From positions 9,539-73,538 of the forward strand of contig JAZOTP010000045.1 in assembly GCA_045657705.1 (NCBI GenBank): 64,000 nt of DNA, in the 5' to 3' direction. The DNA comes from Clostridia bacterium. Lineage in GTDB: Bacteria; Bacillota; Clostridia; UBA1381. Made by a program: the position numbers and the translations under genes. Under the pieces are notes generated by a model. That model made no database searches and was not told the origin of the DNA. It was given only the letters and a program-made list of their open reading frames with translations. Of this stretch, positions 51,134-59,210 are shown in pieces; position 1 is the stretch's first letter; every line of letters begins with the position of its first letter.

Positions 51134-51922
51134 ATGAATGATAATTGGAAAAACGCAATAGTGACAAAAATTGCACTTGCAGTATATGTTGCACCGGGAA
51201 CGGGGAGCGATGTACATAACAACCGTCCTTTTCACGGATTGGTTATAAATACAGATAATTCGGTAAAGGAATATTTATTTTCTGACGGTACTGTTTTAAA
51301 AACAGAGTCATATGATGTTTTCTACCTACCTAAAGGTTCAAGCTACAAGGTAAATTCTTTGGTAAAAAGCGGATGCTATGCTATAAATTTTGATATGGCA
51401 CAACCGTTTTGCGATAAGCCGTTTGTAATCAGTTTCAGAAACAGTGAAAATATATTGAAGCTTTTTAAGGAATCGGAAAATATGTGGAGACAACAGTCAT
51501 CATTTTATAATGCGACTGTAATAAGGAATGTTTATGATATAATTTTACTGATGAACAGAGAAGTGCAGAAAAAATATATGCCGGGTGAGCATGAGATGAT
51601 TATACAGCCGGCTGTGGAAAAAATCAAAAATGAATTTACTAAAAGTGAACTTTCGGTAAAAGAGCTTGCTGATGTCTGCTCAATAAGTGAAGTATATTTT
51701 CGCAAGCTTTTTATAAACAAATTCGGAGTTACTCCTAAAGAATATATAATTATGATGCGTATTAATTATGCGAAGCAACTACTTGAGTCGGGTCAGTTTT
51801 CGGTAAGTGAGACGGCAGGTCTTTGCGGATATTTTGAACCATGTCATTTTTCAAGAGAGTTTGCAAAAAGAGAGGGAATTCCTCCTGCTAAGTATAAAAA
51901 GAAGAGTATTTTATTAAACTGA
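51134..51922 (+). CDS. AraC-family transcriptional regulator, divergent from the GRE operon
   Basis: N-terminal cupin-like domain and C-terminal double HTH (SVKELADVCSISEVYFRKLF...GYFEPCHFSREF). Confidence 0.88.
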   Translation: MNDNWKNAIVTKIALAVYVAPGTGSDVHNNRPFHGLVINTDNSVKEYLFSDGTVLKTESYDVFYLPKGSSYKVNSLVKSGCYAINFDMAQPFCDKPFVISFRNSENILKLFKESENMWRQQSSFYNATVIRNVYDIILLMNREVQKKYMPGEHEMIIQPAVEKIKNEFTKSELSVKELADVCSISEVYFRKLFINKFGVTPKEYIIMMRINYAKQLLESGQFSVSETAGLCGYFEPCHFSREFAKREGIPPAKYKKKSILLN

Positions 51923-51951
51923 GTATTTATACTCGCAAAAAATATATAAAC

Positions 51952-52008
51952 AGCCTCAACTGCAAAGGTTCTGTTACAGAAAGAACTTTGCGGATGAGGC
52001 TTTATTTA
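51952..52008 (+). terminator. long-stem intrinsic terminator after the AraC gene
   Basis: AGCCTCAACTGCAAAGGTTCT...AGAACTTTGCGGATGAGGCT followed by TTATTT. Confidence 0.7.
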
Positions 52009-52187
52009 TGTAAAATTTGACAACAACTCTAAATATTCAGCAGCAAAATTGACAGTGCAGTGTTTTTTTTCACTCTTGACTCTTAATATAAGCGTATTAA
52101 AGTCAACTAAATCTGGTTGTATTAAGAAGATTGCAGATACCAAAGCACAGACACATACCGCCGGACATTAACTAATGCGGTGATATT

Positions 52188-52612
52188 ATGAGTATTCAAA
52201 TTACATATACCGCGGACGGAGTAAAAATATATCCTCTTCATAGACATAAAAATTATGAAATTATGCTTTAGTTGTGGGGAACAGAGAATCTTAAAACTCC
52301 CGTGGAAGACTTGAGTCGACCCCCCCAAAAAAAAGTAAAACTTTGTATTGGAAAAGTTGAAAATATGAATTTCCGCATTAGAGGGTTGTTCTATTTGCTT
52401 TTAGACTCTGTTTTAAGTACAGACAAAGCTACAGAATCTACCCATGATATTGCCTTCAAAAAAGCTAAACTTCTGTTAAAAAAACCAGAAGATATTCCCA
52501 TAAGCCAAATTGCGCGTGAGTGCTCTGTCAGCGAAAGTGGACTGCGTAAAATTTTCGGTGATAAAATCGGAATGTCTCCAACGCAATTCAGATTAAAAGA
52601 AAAATTTAATCA
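52188..52612 (+). pseudogene. AraC-family regulator remnant with an in-frame TAG and 3' truncation
   Basis: MSIQITYTADGVKIYPLHRHKNYEIML then TAG (52269-52271), then the same frame continues to ISQIARECSVSESGLRKIFGDKIGMSPTQFRLKEKFNQ. The second HTH is missing, and beyond about 52612 the frame is antisense to the neighbouring gene. Confidence 0.8.
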
Positions 52613-53929
52613 AATGCGGATACTTTCTTTTTGCCAAGGATTTATACCATTTGCATTAAGGTTTGAAACCGCTTCACCATATGCAGAGCCATGCTCCGAA
52701 TGGAGAAGAGCAATGCCCGAATGCATTCTTTCGGAAAGTACAAGTTCAGTGGAGTAACGATTAAGCATAGGGAAAAGTTTTTTCTTTTCTTCTAACTCCA
52801 GCGAAGGAGTCCCATCATAGTGATAAAACCCGCAATTGTCAGGGATAGGAGTCCCTTCATACGGGTAGTCACCCTTCCATGCATAATAGCATATACCCTT
52901 AAATCCTGCTCCAAGTGTCATATAGGTTTGTGCATATATTTTTCTTGCGGGTGCTTTAACGCGGGCATCTGCCTCAATCATCCAAACACGTTCGCCCTTT
53001 ACTTCTGCCGCAGATGCTGCTGAGTCAAGAGCGTATAAAGCCGAATAAATGTCTGAACCCACTAAATTTATATAGTGTGTCAGGCCTAAAACATCCATAT
53101 CATCATCAAAATAACTCACTCCCATAGAAATAGGTTTGTTGCCTGCCTCCACACAGGTGTAGCAAGTATAAGTTTCAATTGCAGGAGCAGCTTCTTTTGC
53201 GAAAGCTGATGTTTTGTTTAAAAAGTCTGACAGTGCATTCATTGAAAATATTCTGAAACGAATCTATTCCTCTATACTATCCATATCCGTAGGCTTTTCA
53301 GACGGGGGAACGTAGCTTTCAGCTTCGTTTTCGGACATATATCCCTTTTCAACAAGCCACTTGCGATAAGCGTTAAGCGCCAGGGGGTGATAATCAAAAA
53401 CATCATTTCTCGGATAGTGAGGTTCATTATATATTTGGTATGATACTACAGCAGGAAATTGAGTAAAGTGCTTGGCAAGAGCCTTTGTAGCATCTCGGTC
53501 ATCCCTTAGTATCCCTTTGTGGTGTAAACAGAACTCAATAAAAACACTCCAAGCCTTTTTAGATTCTTCGCCTTTGTGATTTATCATTTCGTAACCCGTA
53601 TTGCCTCTTAAATTTGTAATATACCCGTTCAGACGAACACTCAGGGCAATGTTTCTTTTTTCACATTCATTTGCCATATCATCTATAAAGTGTGTGTTGG
53701 TTTTCACTTCGTTATTATCCAAAAAAACTTCTCCTAATGCCGCTGTGCGCAAAAAGTTAAAGCCCATTTGTTCCATCTGCTTTAAATCTTTTTTCATTTC
53801 CCAAAGTCTGTCTCCTTCGGGGGGAACGGGGAATTTAGCCGGATGGAAAGACGGGTAGTAAGATACCCCGAGTGCTAATTTCGGAATACCATTATCATAC
53901 AAAATTCCATTTTTCATTGTATACGACAT
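52610..53929 (-). pseudogene. clan GH-A (GH42-like beta-galactosidase) gene, frameshifted and 3'-truncated
   Basis: The two ORFs (53264-53929 and 52610-53242) are in different frames. The first carries YQIYNEPHYP (acid/base region) and the second VWMIEADA (nucleophile region). Only about 430 codons remain, against roughly 650 or more expected for GH42. Confidence 0.7.
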
Positions 53930-53940
53930 AATTTAACCTC

Positions 53941-54840
53941 CTATTTCAGTAAAAGAATTGCAATAAACGCAATACACATACCAATTATACATCGTTTAGT
54001 AATTTTTTCTTTAAAAAAGATGGCAGACATCAAAGCGCTTAAAATCAGACCGCCGGACTGATAAACCGGGTAAATTTGTGTTGCCAGCAGATATTTGGTG
54101 GCCAAAGCTTTGAAATATGAATTTAAAAACAGACAGACTGACATTGCAAAAATCACCAAAAAGGTTCCTTTAAAAAGATTCTTATATTGAACAGAAGCAT
54201 CCTTTCTGGAAAAACCGATAAAATATGCACCCAGCAAAATAGTGGCAGAAACGTATGTAATAAAGTTCAAAAGAGCCACACTGCCTTCTGAATAGTGAGT
54301 AAAAAGCTTTTGTGAAAAATCAAGTAAGCCGCTTGACAGACCGCAAAGGAAAAGGAAAATTGATGCAGTTTTTGTAAGTTTCCCTTTCGTGGTGTTGTTA
54401 TATGAAATCATGATTAAAATAGCAATTACCACAAGAATAACACCGAGCATTTGTAGGGCGGATGCCTTTTCACCGAAAAGAACAAAACTGAGAAGCAATG
54501 TAACAATAACACCAAACATTTGAGCAATACTGACTAACATAAAAGCTCCATATTTAATTGCTAAAAGCCAGGTTATCACAAATACCTATATACTTATTCC
54601 GGCAAGAATACCAAAAATAAGACCAGATGTATCCACCTTTACAGCTTGTTCTGTTATCAGAATACCAAACCCTATAAAAATACAAATCAGCATTCTTATT
54701 AAATTCATAAATACTGAACTGTTATAGTTTGAAGCGTGCTTGCTTAAAAGCTTCCCTAAAAAACCTTTTGTTGAGCCCGCAAGCAGAGAAATTAACACAA
54801 AACAGTAGCCCATAACATCACCTCCTTTATTGCACTGCAA
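53941..54840 (-). pseudogene. DMT/EamA-like sugar transporter split by a frameshift
   Basis: ORFs 54586-54840 (about 3 TM) and 53941-54579 (about 7 TM) together make one 10-TM protein but lie in different frames, 7 nt apart. Confidence 0.65.
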
Positions 54841-54941
54841 GTAATGATTTGTAACTTTATTTCATTATAATACAAACTATTGACAATATCAATAAAATAT
54901 TGTATCATAAACATATAAAATTGTATCATCAGGAGGAGTGT

Positions 54942-55691
54942 ATGGATCGTATAAAGCTTTTAGTATGTGTTAAGGCTTTTCGGGGAAAATTTAAGATGGA
55001 ATCATTCTGTGGTTCTGACGATATTTTTGTTCTTGTGCAAGATGGTTCTTTTTCTTTCGAAAGCTCGTCGGGAAAACAAATTGTTCAAAAAAATGAGGGA
55101 GCCCTGTTTCGCCGTAATGTGTTTTATCAAAGGAAGGTTTTAACACCGGTGACAATGTATTTATTCCGATATCATTCGGATATGTTGTGCTTTAATGATG
55201 AAAAGGTAGTTTTTCATAATGTCGAAAGGATATTATCCACTCTGGACTTGCTTGATAAAATGGAGAAGATACCGTTTACAGACCTTCATATGTACAGAAA
55301 GATGCTGTTTTGCGATATAGTTATGCAACATCATATAGAAAGCGGAATCATACATTTGGATGTTCAGCCTCAGGATAAAACAGTTAATAAAGCTATTGCA
55401 ATAATGAATCAAAATTATGGTAAAAAACTTAATATGGATGAACTTGCTGATGTATGCGAACTTTCTCACGCGCAATTTTACAGACGGTTTTATCGTTCAA
55501 TGAGTTGCTCACCGTATAACTATATTTTAAAATTGAGATTGCAAAAAGCCAAAGACTTGCTTGCAAATAGTAGCTTGCCCATCTATGAAGTAGCGTCTTT
55601 CTGCGGTTTTGAAGATGAATATTATTTCAGTAATTTTTTTAAGAAACATATGGGAATTTCGCCAACTGCGTTCAGAAAGTCGTTGTTTTAA
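54942..55691 (+). CDS. AraC-family transcriptional regulator
   Basis: AGGAGG lies 5 nt before the ATG at 54942. C-terminal double HTH (MDELADVCELSHAQFYRRF...GFEDEYYFSNFFKKHMGISP). Confidence 0.85.
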   Translation: MDRIKLLVCVKAFRGKFKMESFCGSDDIFVLVQDGSFSFESSSGKQIVQKNEGALFRRNVFYQRKVLTPVTMYLFRYHSDMLCFNDEKVVFHNVERILSTLDLLDKMEKIPFTDLHMYRKMLFCDIVMQHHIESGIIHLDVQPQDKTVNKAIAIMNQNYGKKLNMDELADVCELSHAQFYRRFYRSMSCSPYNYILKLRLQKAKDLLANSSLPIYEVASFCGFEDEYYFSNFFKKHMGISPTAFRKSLF

Positions 55692-55770
55692 TATTTAGCT
55701 TGAGAATTCAATAGCTTTTGTCACATTTTAAGAATTCACTTAAACAGTAAAAATAACTTTTTACAAAGAA

Positions 55771-55962
55771 ATGCTCGCCCATAATTAATATAGGCGAGCA
55801 CTCTTTTATTTATTTTTCTCCGCCTCAGCTAACATATTCTCAATAAATATGCCGTATCCTCTGGTTGGATCATTCACAAACACGTGCGTTACAGCTCCCA
55901 CAATTCGGCCATTTTGAAGTATCGGCGAACCCGACAGGATTGATGTCAACATGGGACAACAA
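55771..55962 (-). repeat. spoIVB 3'-end fragment, copy 1 (last ~50 codons plus terminator hairpin)
   Basis: Encodes [51 protein letters not shown] then stop (55806), followed by hairpin GCTCGCC..GGCGAGC. There is no N-terminal S55 or PDZ part. Confidence 0.8.
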
Positions 55963-56153
55963 TTTTTTCTTATAACTTTTTCAAATTCAATCTGTTTTGT
56001 TGACAAAATTACCTATATAGATGATGAAATGAGTAAATTTGTCAACAGATTTTAGCTTCGGATTACAGGACTGCCTGACTGAATAACAGGAAAGCCGCAT
56101 ATCTTGTCCGTTGACTTTTATATTAAAATCGGATATGAAATTAATATCAAAGT

Positions 56154-56183
56154 AACAAAAAAGACAGGACTTTAATCCTGCCT
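56154..56183 (-). terminator. intrinsic terminator after the DUF4926 gene
   Basis: Minus strand GGCAGGA-TTAAAG-TCCTGTC followed by TTTTTTG. Confidence 0.65.
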
Positions 56184-56199
56184 TAATTGGTTTAGCAAC

Positions 56200-56385
56200 T
56201 TAGTATGACTGTACCAACTCTAATAACTCAATTGGTGTTGTAACAACATCAATGGTATCTCCTTTTTCATCAAAAAATTCAACCTCAAAGCATTTTCCGT
56301 CATATTCCAATACAATTGTTCCGGTCGTACCAGCCGTCAAATCGCTAAAGTCTCTTTTCAATCTTACAACATCTAATTCTTTCAT
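56200..56385 (-). CDS. DUF4926 family protein (putative immunity/antitoxin-like partner)
   Basis: MKELDVVRLKRDF...GTTGTIVLEY...FEVEFFDEKGDTI is a typical DUF4926 pattern. It starts 4 nt after the upstream stop. Confidence 0.7.
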   Translation of the reverse strand: MKELDVVRLKRDFSDLTAGTTGTIVLEYDGKCFEVEFFDEKGDTIDVVTTPIELLELVQSY

Positions 56386-56389
56386 AGTA

Positions 56390-56788
56390 TCAATCCTTCT
56401 TTCTCGGATATACCGTTACAATTTTATAGGTAACTCGTCCGTTATCTTTTTGAATAACAACCACTACATTTGCTTTAACTTTTCCACCGTTTTTGCCTAT
56501 AAGTTCTGTGTTATACGTATGTTTTGTTCCATACGGAGTGGTAGATGTTTTTGTTGGGGTTTTACCTTTTATAGATTCAACAACATTTTTATGAAAAATC
56601 TTTGAATCATTTTTGCCATACACCAATACATCTTTCATAAACTTTGCTTTCGGTCCGCCTTGAGGATGGTTTGAATTTAGCAAATATCCTTGTGTTTTCT
56701 TTTGGCTATATCTTACGTCGCCAGCTTTTGAAACAGGCGGATTACTTCCTTTTGTATTTGCATAATTCCCTGAAATTCCGGCACCCAT
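56390..56788 (-). CDS. DUF6883 family protein (putative toxin/adaptor-like partner)
   Basis: GYLLNSNHPQGGPKAKFM...YGTKHTY...VVVIQKDNG...KIVTVYP matches the DUF6883 pattern by eye. The ATG at 56788 overlaps the DUF4417 stop (TAATG). Confidence 0.6.
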   Translation of the reverse strand: MGAGISGNYANTKGSNPPVSKAGDVRYSQKKTQGYLLNSNHPQGGPKAKFMKDVLVYGKNDSKIFHKNVVESIKGKTPTKTSTTPYGTKHTYNTELIGKNGGKVKANVVVVIQKDNGRVTYKIVTVYPRKKD

Positions 56789-57459
56789 TAAGCAGACCTC
56801 CTTTTTTGAATGGAAGTCCAATCGGGATAGTGAACAAACTTTGCTCTATCCTTAACCTTTGTAAAAATACTGTCAGGCATACCACCATAAACAATTACAA
56901 CTTCGGGTTCGAGTTCTTCAAGCATTGCTTCTAAACCTTCGGCAAAATATATTTTGTTTTCTTTACTCTTTATACATCCGTAAGTGCCGATTGAAACAAT
57001 GCTGTGTTTTGGAACGCCTAAAAAAGCAAATTTTTCGGGTAGTTCTATGGTTGTGTAACTTCTTTCATCGCCCCAACGTATATTAGGAATAACATAAAGC
57101 CCCTTTGATTGAAGATAATGCCCAATTGCACGATTCATATATGTATTTGCAATCTGTAATACAAGTGGCATATCTCTGTAAAGTGAGCAATCAGGAGAAA
57201 TAACTCCTTGAAATTTCTTTAAGCAATCAAAATGTTCTTTTGCAGCAGTTAATACTGTTGCGAAATTTTTGTCGTGCTCATAGAAATGAACAAACTCATT
57301 GTAATTGTTACTGCGATTCTTTTTCGAAAAAGGAATTAACTCGGATGGTATAATTATCTTGTCCGATTTTTTAATGTGAGGGATTTCTAAAAGCCCATCA
57401 AAGAAAGCACCGCACACAAGTTCGGGATTAAACCCATCATCAATCTTATTTTTTAACAT
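56788..57459 (-). CDS. DUF4417 family protein (phage/mobile-element associated)
   Basis: AAAGGA lies 6 nt before the ATG at 57459. Has a FVHFYEHDKNF-type motif. Confidence 0.6.
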   Translation of the reverse strand: MLKNKIDDGFNPELVCGAFFDGLLEIPHIKKSDKIIIPSELIPFSKKNRSNNYNEFVHFYEHDKNFATVLTAAKEHFDCLKKFQGVISPDCSLYRDMPLVLQIANTYMNRAIGHYLQSKGLYVIPNIRWGDERSYTTIELPEKFAFLGVPKHSIVSIGTYGCIKSKENKIYFAEGLEAMLEELEPEVVIVYGGMPDSIFTKVKDRAKFVHYPDWTSIQKRRSA

Positions 57460-57533
57460 AATTAATCCTTTCTGCTGCTTTTTGTAGCTAAAAAATTTGA
57501 TTTTTTTACCTTGCCTGATTGACAAAGTGGAAA

Positions 57534-57582
57534 GGATATGTTAAAATATACATACGCTAATAGGTATATGTTTAACATATCC
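57534..57582. repeat. 18-19 bp inverted repeat (hairpin or operator)
   Basis: GGATATGTTAAAATATAC, a 12-nt spacer, then GTATATGTTTAACATATCC (one indel). It lies between the ImmA remnant and DUF4417. Confidence 0.6.
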
Positions 57583-57669
57583 AAGATTGAACACATGGAT
57601 TAGTTGCTGGTAACAACTTTTCTGATGTGTTTTTTCTTTTTTATCAAAACAATCATAAGCATCATCCTT

Positions 57670-58236
57670 TCAATCGTTCAAATAGTTAAGTAATTCTTTT
57701 TCATATTTCTTTTTAATGCGATACTTTATCCAATTTTGATAACTGTTAAATCGCCAGTATGCACATTCATCAGAAATATTAAAAACGACAGATATATCAC
57801 CAAAATCCTCACAATTATATTTTTGTATCAATGGTGAAGGGGCTAATGCATATTCGGCATAATGATTTGCAATTACTTCAGCAAGCTGACTTCCGTGTTT
57901 ATGCCCCATATCAATATGACCAATTTCGTGCATAATTGTAAATCTCTGTCGCTCAATACACTGTTCATCGTCATAGCAGATTACATGAGTTTGTTGATTT
58001 GGATCAAAATAGCTTGTGCCATCTTGTTCCTTATTTTTTAATAAAGCATAAGCCTCACTTTTTAAATTTGAATATGGGCGTACTATGTATCCTTATGCTT
58101 TTGTTATTTCAAAAGGATCTAAAGGTACAGAGTTTATATTGTGTCTAAAATAAAGTGATACTGCCTTTTCTTCGATAGCATCATACAGTTTTCTTGGCAA
58201 TATAAGATTTGTTAAATATTCTTGGTCTTTTCTCAT
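57670..58236 (-). pseudogene. ImmA/IrrE-family zinc metallopeptidase interrupted by an in-frame TAA
   Basis: The ATG at 58236 overlaps the XRE stop (ATGA). The frame reads MRKDQEYL...PFEITKA, then TAA (58093-58095), then GYIVRPYS...MHEIGHIDMGH (HExxH). Confidence 0.7.
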
Positions 58237-58538
58237 TTATCAAGAAGCAATTTCATCAACTTCATTTTTTCATCCGGTGTCATTGTAACTGTACTTCTTG
58301 ATACCAAATGATAAACCTCGTCAAAGGTATTGCTTTCACTCCTTCCGCTTATAAGATAATCTACGGTAGTATTTAATGCAGTTGCTAAATTAGCAACAAC
58401 TTCTATTTTCGGCTCTCGTTCATTTTTTAAATACCTACTCATAGCTGCCTCTGTAACACCAACCATTGATGCTAATTCCTTTTGTGAATACCCACTTTGT
58501 TTTAATAAGCTAAGTATCCTGTCTCCTATTTTTGTCAT
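58233..58538 (-). CDS. XRE-family helix-turn-helix regulator
   Basis: GYSQKELASMVGVTEAAMSRYLKNEREP HTH. AAAGGAGG RBS. Confidence 0.88.
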   Translation of the reverse strand: MTKIGDRILSLLKQSGYSQKELASMVGVTEAAMSRYLKNEREPKIEVVANLATALNTTVDYLISGRSESNTFDEVYHLVSRSTVTMTPDEKMKLMKLLLDK

Positions 58539-58562
58539 AGTATAACCTCCTTTATTACCAAT

Positions 58563-58591
58563 ATTATAACATTAAATTATAACTTTGTCAA
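58563..58591 (-). promoter_or_regulatory. consensus sigmaA promoter for the XRE/ImmA pair
   Basis: Minus strand has TTGACA, a 17-nt spacer and TATAAT, overlapping the 3' end of the upstream gene. Confidence 0.6.
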
Positions 58592-58968
58592 GTATTTTGT
58601 TTTAAATCTTTTAATGCATTTTCTCTATATCTGTTATACACATCTAAATTCATAATAACAAGCTCTGATACTCCGTTTTTTAATATATGTACAGCTTGTT
58701 TACTTTCTGCAACTTTTTTACTTACTTCACCTGTATTTTTTAAATCCTTGATATTTATAAATAAAGGGAAGTATTCTAAAACTTTATTAATATCAATTTC
58801 ACCATATAGCATATAAGGCTCAAAATATTTGTCATAAAAATCCGAATCCATAATAACCATTTCGGGTGTACTGTTACGCGTTACAAAAATTGGAATTTTA
58901 CATTCCTTACAATAATTTACTGTTGCTGTCGTATTTTTAAGAGTTGATAAAGGGATAAATTTTGTCAT
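58588..58968 (-). CDS. protein with two tandem Phd/YefM-like antitoxin-type domains
   Basis: The N-half (IPLSTLKNTTATV...IPIFVTRNSTPEMVIMDSDFYDKY) and C-half (IKDLKNTGEVSKKV...AVHILKNGVSELVIMNLDVYNRY) both fit the Phd/YefM pattern by eye. Confidence 0.5.
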   Translation of the reverse strand: MTKFIPLSTLKNTTATVNYCKECKIPIFVTRNSTPEMVIMDSDFYDKYFEPYMLYGEIDINKVLEYFPLFINIKDLKNTGEVSKKVAESKQAVHILKNGVSELVIMNLDVYNRYRENALKDLKQNT

Positions 58969-59007
58969 ATTTTTTCAGTTCCTTTCATATTTTATTTTTA
59001 TATTAAA

Positions 59008-59197
59008 ATGCCCGCCTATTATTTTATAGACGAGCATTTTTGCTACTTTATTTTTCTGCCTCTGCCAGCATGTTTTCTATAAATATCCCATAACCTCTCG
59101 TAGGATCGTTTACGAAAACATGAGTCACAGCTCCGATGAGTTTGCCATTCTGAACGATAGGACTACCGCTCAGGACTGATGTCACTAAGGGACAACA
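59008..59197 (-). repeat. spoIVB 3'-end fragment, copy 2
   Basis: Encodes [49 protein letters not shown] then stop (59048), followed by a hairpin with G:U pairs in the minus-strand RNA. Confidence 0.8.
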
Positions 59198-59210
59198 GGA
59201 TTTAAAAATA

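Noticed and set aside
52320-52333. C6A8 homopolymer tract as a phase-variation switch
   Set aside because: It lies inside an already nonsense-mutated, truncated AraC remnant. No intact ORF depends on its length.
52272-52757. 161-aa ORF taken as an intact gene
   Set aside because: It is a chimera. The first ~113 codons are the AraC remnant downstream of an in-frame TAG. The rest is antisense to the GH42-like pseudogene.
55806-56006. Track ORFs 55806..56006 and 59048..59308, read as small intact genes encoding SpoIVB-like peptides
   Set aside because: Only the C-terminal ~50 codons are SpoIVB-like. The N-terminal codons are read-through of junction DNA, with no RBS and no similarity between copies. 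They are treated as gene fragments (repeat units), not CDSs.
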